DNA of 64,000 bases from Candidatus Eiseniibacteriota bacterium (GTDB taxonomy: Bacteria; Eisenbacteria; RBG-16-71-46): the NCBI GenBank assembly GCA_025360715.1, contig JANYBS010000189.1, forward strand, positions 29,229-93,228, given 5' to 3'. Under the pieces are notes generated by a model that saw only the letters and a program-made list of their open reading frames with translations, was not told where the DNA came from and ran no database searches. The translations under genes were made by a program, and so were the position numbers. Below are positions 36,458-47,737 of the stretch, piece by piece. Each line of letters starts with the position of its first letter. Position 1 is the stretch's first letter.

Positions 36458-37257
36458 CGCGGCCATCCGACCGCCGCGGCGAGCGGCTCGACGGGCACTT
36501 CGCGGCCCAGCCATAGCGATAGTGAACGCCGCGCCTGATGCACCAACAGGCCCAGACCGTCGATCGCCTGCAGGCCACTCGCGCGGCAGGCCTGCACCCA
36601 GGGCGTGAGCGTTTCGCCGTAAGTGAGATCCACGGCCAGCACGCCCGGCGCGAGCGTTCGTGGCTGCGCCGGGAACTCCTCGCCCGCGAGCGGCGTGCAG
36701 TTGATGACCAGCGACGCGGTGCGCAATGCGTCAGCCTCTTCGCCCGAGCGCCAGCCCAGGAAGCGCTCGTCGAGCCCCTCGCCCCAGTGGTAGCGCGGAT
36801 CGGGCTTCGTGCGGGAGGACACGCGCACCTGCGGGCAGCCGGCCCAGTGCAGTGCCAACGCCAGCGAGCGCGCAGCGCCGCCGGCGCCCAGCAGCAGCAC
36901 GCGCTCGTGGAGCGCTTCGCGCCCGAGCTCGCGCAGCAATTCCACGAAGCCGGCGCCATCGGTGGTGTCGCCGTACCAGCCGTCTTCGGCGAACACGATC
37001 GTGTTGACCGAACGCGATCGCTCCGCCGCGAGCGAGGCGCGTGCGACGCACTCGAGCGCGTGCTCCTTGAGCGGATGCGTCAGGTTGCAGCCGCGGTAGC
37101 CCGCGTCGGCCAGTTCACGCAGACGCGCCTCGAGACCGGCAGAAGGGGTGCGCAGCGCCTGCGACTCACAGGCGATCCCGAACGCGGCGCAGCCCGCACG
37201 ATGCAGGTCGGGCGAGCGCGTGTAGGCGAGCGGATCGCCGAGCACGGCGAGACGCAT
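36454..37257 (-). CDS. aroE: Shikimate dehydrogenase
   Basis: SPDLH, NLTHPLK, SVNT, TTDGAG, GAGGAAR, GLGLLVHQA. Confidence 0.9.
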   Translation of the reverse strand: MRLAVLGDPLAYTRSPDLHRAGCAAFGIACESQALRTPSAGLEARLRELADAGYRGCNLTHPLKEHALECVARASLAAERSRSVNTIVFAEDGWYGDTTDGAGFVELLRELGREALHERVLLLGAGGAARSLALALHWAGCPQVRVSSRTKPDPRYHWGEGLDERFLGWRSGEEADALRTASLVINCTPLAGEEFPAQPRTLAPGVLAVDLTYGETLTPWVQACRASGLQAIDGLGLLVHQARRSLSLWLGREVPVEPLAAAVGWPR

Positions 37258-37262
37258 GACGC

Positions 37263-38057
37263 TCACGCCGGACTGGCGGCGGGGGCGGCGCGGCGCAGCC
37301 GGAGGATCATGAGTGCGCCGAAGCCGGCCATGGCGAGGCTCGTGAGCTGGCTCTCGGTGAGCTCGACCCACGGCAGCCGGACGAGCACCGCCTCGGCTTC
37401 CCATGTGCGCGTGAGGTCGATCGGGATGCGCACGAGCGCGAAGACCACGATGAACGTCCAGAACATCACGCCTGGCACACGGAACCGCTTGCGCGCGGCC
37501 CAAAGGACGAGGAACAGCAGCAGCCCCACCGCCGCGTTGTACAGCTGCGAGGGCTGCACCGGCGTGTCACCGAACTCGAGCGCCGCAAAGGAGTCGTGCG
37601 GGAACTTGACGCCCCACGGCAGCGTGGTCGGCCGGCCATAGCAGCAGCCATTGAGGAAACAGCCGATGCGCCCGAACATGGTGCCCAGCGCGAGCGAGGG
37701 CGTGAGCGCATCCGCCACGAGCCACTTGGGCAGTCCGAAACGGTCCGCGGCGACGAGCCCCGCAAGCGTGCCCGCAGCGATGCCGCCATAGAGAGTGAGT
37801 CCGCCCTGCCAGAGCGCCAGTGCGCTGCCCCACTCGTGGCGGAATTCCTGCAGGTGCTCAATCACATACAACGCTCGAGCGCCCAGGATCGACGCGATGA
37901 GCGTGACGAGGATCACGTTGATGAGCTTGTCTTCGTCGAGCTTGAGGCGGCGCGCCTCGGCCATGCCGAGCGCCGTGCCGACCAGGAAGGCCACGGCCAT
38001 CATGACGCCGTAGGAGCGCAGGTGCAGGAATCCCCAGTGGAGAAGCTCGGGCTTCAT
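37263..38057 (-). CDS. lgt: Prolipoprotein diacylglyceryl transferase
   Basis: SYGVM, GAR, WQGGLTLYGG, GRIGCFLNGCCYG, QPSQLY. Confidence 0.95.
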   Translation of the reverse strand: MKPELLHWGFLHLRSYGVMMAVAFLVGTALGMAEARRLKLDEDKLINVILVTLIASILGARALYVIEHLQEFRHEWGSALALWQGGLTLYGGIAAGTLAGLVAADRFGLPKWLVADALTPSLALGTMFGRIGCFLNGCCYGRPTTLPWGVKFPHDSFAALEFGDTPVQPSQLYNAAVGLLLFLVLWAARKRFRVPGVMFWTFIVVFALVRIPIDLTRTWEAEAVLVRLPWVELTESQLTSLAMAGFGALMILRLRRAAPAASPA

Positions 38058-39271
38058 CAGTACTCCCGGCGCCGCAGCGCCACGTTCTGCAACAGACCGA
38101 TCTGGATGCAATTGACGACCAGCGCCGTGCCGCCATACGACAGGAACGGCAATGGCACGCCGGTCACCGGTGCCCATCCCACGGTCATGAGCATGTTCAC
38201 CATGATGGTGAAGAACATCGCGGTGACGACACCGATCGCCATGAGTCCGGCGAAGCCGTCACGCGCCACCGCGGCGAGCCGGTAACCGCGCAGGATGACG
38301 ACCACGTAGAGTAACACCACCGTCAATGCCCCGAGGAATCCCAACTCCTCGCCCACGACCGAGTAGATGAAGTCGGTGTGGCGCATGGGCAGGAATGACA
38401 GCGCCTTCTGCGAGCCTTTCAGATATCCCTTGCCCATGACCCCGCCCGAGCCGATCGCGATCTTGGACTGGATGATCTGGTAACCGGCGCCGTAGGGATC
38501 GTTGTCGGGATTGATGAACGTCTCGATGCGGCGCTTCTGGTAGTCGTGCAGATGATTCCACAGATGCGGCAATTCCACGGCCACCACGCCGTTGAGCGCC
38601 ACGACGATGAGCAGCATCTGCAGTTTGGGCCGCGCCAGGGCGATCATCGCGATGAAGAGCCCGACGAACCACCACACGCTGCCGGTGACGAAGAACAGCG
38701 CCACATTGAACACCGGCGAGAGCCCCAGCAGCAGACGGCCCATGGGCATGCCCGCCCAGAAGTACATGGCGATGAGCATGGCCGGGAACGACAGCCCCGT
38801 GCCCAGGTCGGGCTCCTTGGCCACGAGCGCGAAGGGCACGAGCGCGATGAAGAGCGGCGGCAGCCACCAGCGCGGCTGGGTCAGGTCGAGGCGCGCGTTA
38901 TCGAAATATCGCGCGAGTACGAATGTGGTCGCCAGCTTGGCCAACTCGGAGGGCTGGAACTGCAGCGGCCCGAGCTCGATCCAGCGCTTGGCGCCCAGCT
39001 TGCTGCTGCCGATGGCGAGCACCGCCACGAGCAACACCAGGGAGATGCCGTAGAGCGGCCACGCGAGCGAATCGTAGAGCCGGTAGTGCACGGCGACGAT
39101 GACCCACGCGGCTCCGAAGGCGATCGCGCACCACGCGAGCTGCTTCACCCACAGGCCCTGGTGGGCTCCGGGGATACTCGTGGCGCTATAGACCGTGAGC
39201 AGGCCCATGAGGATGAGGCCCGCGGTCGCGAAGAAGAGCGGCCAGTCCAGGTACGGAACGCGTAGTCGCAT
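38057..39271 (-). CDS. rodA: Rod shape-determining protein RodA
   Basis: KRWI, FQPSELAK, EPDLGT, YQIIQSKIAIGSG, HTDFI, PLPFLSYGG. Confidence 0.96.
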   Translation of the reverse strand: MRLRVPYLDWPLFFATAGLILMGLLTVYSATSIPGAHQGLWVKQLAWCAIAFGAAWVIVAVHYRLYDSLAWPLYGISLVLLVAVLAIGSSKLGAKRWIELGPLQFQPSELAKLATTFVLARYFDNARLDLTQPRWWLPPLFIALVPFALVAKEPDLGTGLSFPAMLIAMYFWAGMPMGRLLLGLSPVFNVALFFVTGSVWWFVGLFIAMIALARPKLQMLLIVVALNGVVAVELPHLWNHLHDYQKRRIETFINPDNDPYGAGYQIIQSKIAIGSGGVMGKGYLKGSQKALSFLPMRHTDFIYSVVGEELGFLGALTVVLLYVVVILRGYRLAAVARDGFAGLMAIGVVTAMFFTIMVNMLMTVGWAPVTGVPLPFLSYGGTALVVNCIQIGLLQNVALRRREY

Positions 39272-41136
39272 CAGTCGGCGGCCTCCGTGGAATCCGCCGC
39301 GGCGAGCGAGTCGCGGCGCGCGGCGGCGCGCACCGCGATCTGCGTGGAGTCCCCGAGCAGTGCCCGGCGCAGCACGCGCGCCGCCATCGGCGCGCAGACC
39401 ACGCCGCCGTGGCCGCTGTTCTCGGCGATCCACGCCATGGCGATGGTGGGATGGTCCGCCGGCGCGTAGCACACGAACACCGCGTGGTCCTTGCCGTGCG
39501 GGTTCTGCGCGGTACCGGTCTTGCCGGCGACCGCGATGCCCGGCACGCGCGCAGCGAGCGCGGTGCCCTTGTCGACCACGCGCTGCATGGCCTCGTGCAC
39601 GGCGGCCCAGGCCTCGGGTGTGGTGGAGATGCCCGGCTCGAGCGGCTTCTCGAGCTTGAAGCCCGGGTCGTCGGCGATCGCCTTGACCACGTGCGGGCGC
39701 ACCGGCGTGCCGCCATTGCTGACGATACTCGTCATCAGCGCCAGTTGAAGCGGAGTGGCCAGCAATTCGCCCTGACCGATGCCCAGGTTGAGCAGCACGC
39801 CGCGCGGCCAGTGGCCACTCTTGAAGTGGCGGTCGTAGTACGCATCCGTGGGAATGAGACCGCGCGATTCGGCGGGCAGGTCGATGCCCGTCTTCTCGCC
39901 CATGCCCAGCGCGCGCGCGGTGCTCTGGATCTTGTCGAGCCCCAGCCGCAGTCCCAACTGATAAAAGTAGACGTCGCACGAGAACTGCAGTGCGGTGAGC
40001 AGGTCGACCGAGCCGTGGCCATGCTTGTCCCAACACGCCGCGCGGCGGCCGCCGAAGTTAAAACCCCCATTGCACGAGACCGGCATGTGCGTGTCGGCGG
40101 TGACAAGACCGAAGCGCAGGGCGGCGAGCATGGCGACCACTTTGAATGTGGAGCCCGGCGGGTACGCGCTCTGGATCGCGCGGTTGAGCAGCGGATTGCT
40201 GCCGTCCTCGTTGAGTTCCTTCCAGCGCGCGAAGCTGATGCCACGTGAGAATTCGTTCGGGTCGAAGTTGGGGCGGCTCACCATGCCGAGGATGCTGCCA
40301 TCGCGTGGATCGATCGCTACCGCGGCGCCGCGGTCCACATCGGCCATGGTCTCTTCCATCATGCGCTGGATGTCGAGGTCGATGGTGAGCGTCACGTCGT
40401 GACCCGGCACCGGCGGGCGCGGCGGGCCCTCGTGCAGCGTGCTCACACGCTTGCCCATGGCGTTGACGACGACGAACTCGGCGCCGTCGGTGCCGCGCAG
40501 CAGGTCTTCGTAGCGGCGCTCCACGCCCGTCTTGCCGATCAGGTCGCCGAGTCGATAGCCGTCGTCCTCGCGGTCGGAGAGCTCCTGGTCGTTGATCTCA
40601 CCGGCGTAGCCGAGCAGCTGCGCCCCCAGCGTGCCTTCGGGGTAACGGCGGATCGGTGCGACCTGCACGTCGAGCCCGGGCAGGTCCGAGCGCGATTCCT
40701 CGACGGCAGCCATGACCGCATACGGCGAGTTGCGCCTCAGCACCGCGGTCTGGCCGGTACGGTTGGCTTCGAGCACGCGGCGGCGCACATCGAGCGTGTC
40801 GTCCTCGAGCAGCGCCGCCACGCGAGCGATCCACTCGGAGTGGATCACGCTGCGCACGCGCGTCGTACTCTCGGCGGGCATCGGCCGGAAGATGATGTCG
40901 AAGCTCGGCTGATTGTCGGCGAGCAGGCGGCCGAAGCGGTCGCGGATCGCGCCGCGTGGCGCGCGCAGCACGTCGAGCCGCACACGGTTCTGCTCCGAGA
41001 GCCGCGAGAGCTCGTCGTGCTGTACGACCTGCAGCCGCAGCAGTCCCATGACCACGAGCAGGAAGCCCGCGAGGGTGAGCGCAGCGAGGACGTTGAAGCG
41101 GTCGTCCTTAATCCGCCGAGGGGGTCCGGAAGGCAT
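39271..41136 (-). CDS. mrdA: Penicillin-binding protein 2
   Basis: APRGAIRDR, YPPGSTFK (SxxK), SCD, KTGTAQ. Confidence 0.96.
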   Translation of the reverse strand: MPSGPPRRIKDDRFNVLAALTLAGFLLVVMGLLRLQVVQHDELSRLSEQNRVRLDVLRAPRGAIRDRFGRLLADNQPSFDIIFRPMPAESTTRVRSVIHSEWIARVAALLEDDTLDVRRRVLEANRTGQTAVLRRNSPYAVMAAVEESRSDLPGLDVQVAPIRRYPEGTLGAQLLGYAGEINDQELSDREDDGYRLGDLIGKTGVERRYEDLLRGTDGAEFVVVNAMGKRVSTLHEGPPRPPVPGHDVTLTIDLDIQRMMEETMADVDRGAAVAIDPRDGSILGMVSRPNFDPNEFSRGISFARWKELNEDGSNPLLNRAIQSAYPPGSTFKVVAMLAALRFGLVTADTHMPVSCNGGFNFGGRRAACWDKHGHGSVDLLTALQFSCDVYFYQLGLRLGLDKIQSTARALGMGEKTGIDLPAESRGLIPTDAYYDRHFKSGHWPRGVLLNLGIGQGELLATPLQLALMTSIVSNGGTPVRPHVVKAIADDPGFKLEKPLEPGISTTPEAWAAVHEAMQRVVDKGTALAARVPGIAVAGKTGTAQNPHGKDHAVFVCYAPADHPTIAMAWIAENSGHGGVVCAPMAARVLRRALLGDSTQIAVRAAARRDSLAAADSTEAAD

Positions 41137-41620
41137 TCCCGAAGAGCGGCTGGCCGGTGAGGCGCCGCACTCCCATGAGCATGAGGGTTCCGGCCGAGGC
41201 CGTGACGAGCGTCGCGATGAGCGTGCGGCCCAGCAGGTACGGCAACCCCGTGACCGCGGCGCCCACCTCGAACGCCGAGATCCAGAGCTGGTGCACCAGC
41301 GTGGCCGTGGCGATGAGCACGAACTGCGTGCGCGCGCTCTCACGCACGAGCGTGCCCGAGAGCCGGCCTGCTGCGTAGCCGATGAGCGTGAGCACCAGTG
41401 CGTGCCGGCCCAGCCAGTGCGCGGCGTCGATGTCGGCGAGCAGGCCGACCGCGAAACCGAATGTGGAGCCCCAGGTGTCGCCGTGACGCAGCGCCCAGAG
41501 CACCGTGGTGAATGCAAGCGCGTCGATCACGATGCCGCGCGCCGAAAGCCCCGAGAGCAGCGTGGAGCGCAGCAGCAATGCCATGGCCATGCCGAGCAGG
41601 AACGTGCCGAGCGGCCTCAT
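41108..41620 (-). CDS. mreD: Rod shape-determining protein MreD
   Basis: Hydrophobic; FAVGLLADI...LGRHAL; position in mre operon. Confidence 0.85.
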   Translation of the reverse strand: MRPLGTFLLGMAMALLLRSTLLSGLSARGIVIDALAFTTVLWALRHGDTWGSTFGFAVGLLADIDAAHWLGRHALVLTLIGYAAGRLSGTLVRESARTQFVLIATATLVHQLWISAFEVGAAVTGLPYLLGRTLIATLVTASAGTLMLMGVRRLTGQPLFGNAFRTPSAD

Positions 41621-42573
41621 CGCGCACGCCCCGAATCCGGTGCCGCGGCACCGGCGCGGTGACGAAACAGCGAATCCGCCGCGACCTTGGCGGCCTTCGC
41701 CTTGGCCTTGCTGCCGAGCGGCGCGGCGGCGATGCGGTGCGGCTCGAACTCGGTATGCGGGTGCGGCAGGACGTCCTCGGGGATCGTGGGACCCGGCGCG
41801 ATGAACGCATGCCGCAGCCGTGAGAGTCGCGCCGTGGGGCGCACCTCGACCTCCTGCATGAGCCCGGTCGCGTCGCGCGTGATGCGGGTCACCCGGCCCA
41901 CCGGGATGCCGCGCGGAAAGCGCAGCGAAAGGTCGCTGGTGACCACCACCTGGCCCACCTTCATGGTGTCGGCAAGCGGCACGGCCGTGAGCAGCAGGCG
42001 CGGCTGCGGGACCGGCGTGAAGCGCAGGATGCCGTTGACGCCCGTGCTCTCGACTTCGCATGCCACGGCAAGATTGGGATCGGTGAGCAGCGCCGCGCGG
42101 CACAGGTGCGAGTACACCTCGAGCACGCGGCCAACCAGGCCATCGCTGGTGAGCACGGCATCGCCCACGTGCACGCCCTCATGCGAGCCGGCGCTGAGAG
42201 TGGCCGATGTGGGATTCGGATCGCCGCCCAGCGCGAGCACCTCGACCGGCCGCAGCGGCAAGCCTTTCCATTCGGGCAACGCGAGTTGCAGGCGCAGATC
42301 GCGATTCTCGCCCGAGGCCGTACGCAGGCGCTGGTTGTCGAGCTCGAGTGAGGCGATACGCGCGTGCAGGGATTGGTTCTCGCGCCACGAGACGAACAGC
42401 CGGTCGCCCGTGAGCACGACGCGGTCGAAGGGAGCGAACAGGAACGCGCCCGCGCCGCGCAGCCCCGCGACCGGCAGGTGTTCGCCGACGATGAGCAGAA
42501 GCAGCGAGAGCGCCGCGTAGGTCGTGATGAGCACGACGCTGCGGCGCTCCGCGGGAGGCAGAAGGCTGGGCAA
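41617..42573 (-). CDS. mreC: Rod shape-determining protein MreC
   Basis: TM plus coiled coil ENRDLR; GLVGRV; FPRGIPVGRV. Confidence 0.92.
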   Translation of the reverse strand: MPSLLPPAERRSVVLITTYAALSLLLLIVGEHLPVAGLRGAGAFLFAPFDRVVLTGDRLFVSWRENQSLHARIASLELDNQRLRTASGENRDLRLQLALPEWKGLPLRPVEVLALGGDPNPTSATLSAGSHEGVHVGDAVLTSDGLVGRVLEVYSHLCRAALLTDPNLAVACEVESTGVNGILRFTPVPQPRLLLTAVPLADTMKVGQVVVTSDLSLRFPRGIPVGRVTRITRDATGLMQEVEVRPTARLSRLRHAFIAPGPTIPEDVLPHPHTEFEPHRIAAAPLGSKAKAKAAKVAADSLFRHRAGAAAPDSGRAR

Positions 42574-42576
42574 CTT

Positions 42577-43614
<1,038 letters not shown>

Positions 43615-43967
43615 CCCTGCCTCGTGAGCTGGTGTGAGGGTGACTCAGGCTCGAGCGGAGGAAGGCGAAGGATGCGAGCACCTGGATGCGGGTCCGGTGA
43701 GGCCTCCGTGCCCTCCGAAACTGCCGCAAGCTAGCATCGGAACGCGGCTCGCCGCAAGCGATTGGACTCGGGCAGAAGCGCGCACCCCATCTGGCCGATG
43801 AATAGGGAGGAACGATGCTCCGCCTCCGGCGTGCGATCCGGTGCCTGGCGAAGTTTCGAACCGCGCAAGCCCTTCGCGGGTATGGCATAGTGGCGCCCGA
43901 CCCGCCCGGTGCATCTTTTGACGGCGAATTCTCAGTCCCGCCCCACGGAGCAAGCCCCAAGCACGGC

Positions 43968-46103
43968 ATGCCGCGTCCCGGTCGTCTCTCCATCCTCATG
44001 GTCCCGCTGCTGGTGGGCCTGCTAGGGAACGCCCTGCCCGGGCGTGCCCAGCAGGCGACTGCCTCACGCTATTCTTTTGCGGATACCACGCTGCTGCGCG
44101 ACACGCTGAACCTGCACTTCGTCGGCATCTTCCCCATGGCCGACAGCTTGCAGATCACGCCCGACACCCTGCGCGCGCTCATGATCCGCTACCGCTACAC
44201 GCTGCCGCGGCTGGTCCACCTGAGCGATTCGCTGCACGTCCCCGTGGACAGCGTCGGAGTGGTGCTCGAACGCGAGCGCTTCAACCCGCTCGCGGGCAAC
44301 AGTGGCAAGGGCGACAAGAACGACCTGAGGTACACCAGCGGCTATACGATCAACCGCACGAGCACGACCTGGACGAACGGCGGTGACATGAACGTGCAGC
44401 GCGGCGCGAAGTTCTTGCACAGCGTCACCAATGTCGAGATGGACCGCACGGACTATGGCAGCGGCCACACCAGCCTGCGCCAGGTGCGTTCGACCACGGC
44501 CGAGACGGGCTGGCGGCTCTCTCCCAGCCTGTCGCTTGGCGGCCGCGCGAACCTGGAACGCTACGACAACAAGGATCTGGGCCGGGTCGGCGAGGCGGAC
44601 ACCAAATCGGAGTTCCAGCTCTCCTCGCGTGCGCGCCGCAACTTCGGCCGGGACGTGACCAGCGAACTCAACTTCTTCAGCGGCTACCTGGACCAGAAGA
44701 ACACCGCGCAGGTGAAGCGCGGCCTGTCGAGCGATCTCAATGGGCGGTTGCGTGTGTCGTCGGGCACATGGTTCACGCACGACCTGAGCGGGCAGGTCAC
44801 AGGCAACCTGGCGAAGACCCGGCGCCCCGACGCGCTGAACGAACTGAACACGCGCGACCTGTCGACGAACCTGCGCGGCGTGCTCACGCTCTACAACGCG
44901 AGTCCGGTCGGGCTGAACGTGAACTACGGATACCGCAAGACCCGGGTCGAGACCCCGCTGGATTCACTCACGATCCAGCGCATCCTGAACACGAACAACA
45001 GCGCCGACGCGACCCTGCGCATGCGGCTGGACAACGACCGGTTCGCGAATGTGACCGGCTCGTGGGGCCACACGCTGGCCGCATTCGGCACACGCGACGA
45101 CAAGGGCGGCCGCGGGACGGCGCGCTGGTTGCTGCGTGGCTACGCGGTGGATGCGAACTATGGCGACACGCGCTCGAAGTCGAACTACCCGCGACGTTCG
45201 CGGGCATTCGGCTACATCGAGGACCAGACCACGCGCAGTGCCGATGCCACGATCACGCACAACTTCTCTACCAAGCTGACGGGCAAGCTCAATGGCTCGA
45301 TCGGACTGACGCGCTCGCGCTACACCGTCACGGCCGACTCGGCGACCACGCCTGTGCCGCGCGATGCGTACAACCAGTCCTACCGCGCAGACGCGCTCTA
45401 CAACCAGTCGGAGCGCCTGACCTCTGGCATCAGCCTGACCGTGAGCCTGCAGCGCGGCATCAACATCACGCCGCTCTCCACGGCCTCGAACACCGACACG
45501 CGTTCGTATCGAGGTGAGTGGCGTTGGAGCTACCGGCTGCTGCCCGGGCTGACGGTGGCGCAGACCAACCAGATCCAGGCCGACTACCAGTTCTATCCGT
45601 TCGCCGGGTCACGCAACACCCTCTCGCTCAACTACAACACGATCACGAACCTGTCGGCGGTCGTGACGCCGAAGTTCAACATGGAAGTCTCGCATGCCAC
45701 GAACCGCCAGCCACGCGGCGCGTACGTGCCAAGTCCCACGGGCATCGACGCGCTCAAGCTGTCGGACGACACGCAGAATTTCACGCTGCGCGCGAGCATG
45801 ACATACACGCCCACGCCGGCGCTGAGCTTCTCGTTGCGGCCGGAGTACTACGCCACGGACCGCAGCGGCTCGAATGGCACGACCGGGGACCTGGAGACAC
45901 AGCGTCAGGACCGGCGGCTGGGATTCAGTGGCGGTGTCAATATCAACAAGCCGATCGGACCCAAGGCGCAGCTGACGGGTAATATCGCCAGGACGTTCGA
46001 CGACTCCCGGACACGCGCGTTCACGAATGGCCTCGGGACCTACTCTCCGCGGTCCGAGACCGACTACTGGAACGGAAGTCTCCAGCTCACATGGCAGCTC
46101 TGA
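43968..46103 (+). CDS. Putative outer-membrane beta-barrel protein of unknown family
   Basis: Signal peptide; long run of alternating amphipathic Y/S/T/N/R-rich strands; C-terminal SLQLTWQL. Confidence 0.7.
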   Translation: MPRPGRLSILMVPLLVGLLGNALPGRAQQATASRYSFADTTLLRDTLNLHFVGIFPMADSLQITPDTLRALMIRYRYTLPRLVHLSDSLHVPVDSVGVVLERERFNPLAGNSGKGDKNDLRYTSGYTINRTSTTWTNGGDMNVQRGAKFLHSVTNVEMDRTDYGSGHTSLRQVRSTTAETGWRLSPSLSLGGRANLERYDNKDLGRVGEADTKSEFQLSSRARRNFGRDVTSELNFFSGYLDQKNTAQVKRGLSSDLNGRLRVSSGTWFTHDLSGQVTGNLAKTRRPDALNELNTRDLSTNLRGVLTLYNASPVGLNVNYGYRKTRVETPLDSLTIQRILNTNNSADATLRMRLDNDRFANVTGSWGHTLAAFGTRDDKGGRGTARWLLRGYAVDANYGDTRSKSNYPRRSRAFGYIEDQTTRSADATITHNFSTKLTGKLNGSIGLTRSRYTVTADSATTPVPRDAYNQSYRADALYNQSERLTSGISLTVSLQRGINITPLSTASNTDTRSYRGEWRWSYRLLPGLTVAQTNQIQADYQFYPFAGSRNTLSLNYNTITNLSAVVTPKFNMEVSHATNRQPRGAYVPSPTGIDALKLSDDTQNFTLRASMTYTPTPALSFSLRPEYYATDRSGSNGTTGDLETQRQDRRLGFSGGVNINKPIGPKAQLTGNIARTFDDSRTRAFTNGLGTYSPRSETDYWNGSLQLTWQL

Positions 46104-46771
46104 TGCGCATCCACGGGCCCTTGAGGCGTTGGCTGGCAGCGATGGTGGCCGCTGCCGCACTGGCAGCGTTGGGCGGCTGCACGAACCCGTTCGAGCCGGC
46201 GAAGCCGCCCGCGTCATCGGGCGCCGGAGTGGTCGAGGACTATTCGACGTCGAGGAAAGTGCTCGACACGATCGCTGCGGCGATTGCCGCCAAGAGCGAC
46301 GGCGCCTCGGCGTATATCAATGCGTTCGCGGATTCGACCACCGCCGGGGACCTGTACGGATTCCACGCGTTCCATGACCAATCGGTGATCGACCTTTATA
46401 ACCAGACCGCAGGCCACAATGCGCCGACGGATTGGAACAAGACGCTCGAGCGCCAGTTCTTCAGCTACTTCATGGGCGTGGAACATCCCACGTTCGCCTT
46501 CACGCTGGTGTGGCAGAAGGACCCCAGTCAGCCCAGCGACGAGGATGGCAGCGACCGCGCCCTGCTTCACCGTACGTACGCTTTGGAAGCGACGCTGAAC
46601 AATCTGCAGGAAACGATCATGGTCGGGCGCTGCGACCTGTATCTGTATAAGAACGGACCGCGCTGGTACATCTACCGCTGGCAGGACCGCGTGGACCCCT
46701 CCATCGGCCCGAACCCGCAGGTCAACAAGGACGAACTGTCCTGGGGCCAGCGCCGGCTGGAGTCGTTGTGA
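46103..46771 (+). CDS. Lipoprotein, NTF2/SnoaL-like (paralog 1)
   Basis: Lipobox LGGC then TNPFEP; WYIYRWQD. Confidence 0.75.
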   Translation: MRIHGPLRRWLAAMVAAAALAALGGCTNPFEPAKPPASSGAGVVEDYSTSRKVLDTIAAAIAAKSDGASAYINAFADSTTAGDLYGFHAFHDQSVIDLYNQTAGHNAPTDWNKTLERQFFSYFMGVEHPTFAFTLVWQKDPSQPSDEDGSDRALLHRTYALEATLNNLQETIMVGRCDLYLYKNGPRWYIYRWQDRVDPSIGPNPQVNKDELSWGQRRLESL

Positions 46772-46782
46772 AGGAGGCGCAC

Positions 46783-47532
46783 ATGTCGCGTATCCGCCGT
46801 GGCACCCTTGTCCTGCTCCTGCTCGCATTGCCTTTGCTGAGCGCCGGCTGCTTCAACCCGTTCGACCCGCTCGTCTCGAAAGAGCGCGCCGTCTCGAGCC
46901 CGGCGCCCTCGCCGAGCACGCCGGCGAACGTCGTGAAACTCTTCGAGTGGTGCTGGCAGAATCGCGCGATCACCGAGTACTCCGAGATCTTCACAGCGGA
47001 CTACCGGTTCCAGTTCGCCGTCGGCGATTCCGCGGGCAACCTCTACCGCGACCGCCCGATCACGCGCGAAGACGAACTGATCAGCGCCACCAACCTGTTC
47101 GTGGGCGGCACCGACCGCGCCGCGGCCGCCAAGATCACGCTGGTGTTCGACAAGACGCTCATCGCACTCAGTGACCCGCGCCCGGGCACGACGGACTCGA
47201 CGAACAAGACCATCCGCACGCATGTCGACCTGAACGTGGTGATCGACCACGGCGACGGCTCCACCGAGACGAACCAGGTGCAGGGCTTCGCGCTCTTCTT
47301 CCTGGTGCGCGGCGACGTGGCCGGCATCATCCCCGACGAGCTCAAGGCCAAGGGCTTCAAGCCTGACAAGAACCGCTGGTGGATCCAGCGCTGGGAGGAC
47401 GAGACACTGCCGAGTGGCGGCGGCGTCGCCCAGCTGCTCGCCAGGCGCACCGGCCTGCGTCCGGGTGCGACCGCGAGCGCCTTGCCGATTCCCGCCAGCT
47501 GGGGCCGAGTGAAGACGCTCTACCTGCCCTGA
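46783..47532 (+). CDS. Lipoprotein, NTF2/SnoaL-like (paralog 2)
   Basis: AAGGAGG RBS; lipobox SAGC then FNPFDP; WWIQRWED. Confidence 0.75.
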   Translation: MSRIRRGTLVLLLLALPLLSAGCFNPFDPLVSKERAVSSPAPSPSTPANVVKLFEWCWQNRAITEYSEIFTADYRFQFAVGDSAGNLYRDRPITREDELISATNLFVGGTDRAAAAKITLVFDKTLIALSDPRPGTTDSTNKTIRTHVDLNVVIDHGDGSTETNQVQGFALFFLVRGDVAGIIPDELKAKGFKPDKNRWWIQRWEDETLPSGGGVAQLLARRTGLRPGATASALPIPASWGRVKTLYLP

Positions 47533-47556
47533 CACGCCCCTGTGAAGTTTCAAGAC

Positions 47557-47588
47557 GGCCCGCCCGACTTTGTTCGGGCGGGCCTTTC
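47557..47588 (+). terminator. Intrinsic terminator
   Basis: GGCCCGCCCGA-CTTTGT-TCGGGCGGGCC-TTT. Confidence 0.7.
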
Positions 47589-47737
47589 TCATTGTTCCAG
47601 CGCTTGTTACAGCAACGCCGGGCGGCCTATACTGCGCGGGCTCCATAGTCGCGGGACCTATCCGTCACAGCCCCGACGTCGGCCGACCTCGGGAGGCCCC
47701 GCGTGAGACACGCGCTTTGCGCGTGGAGGGTCACTTT

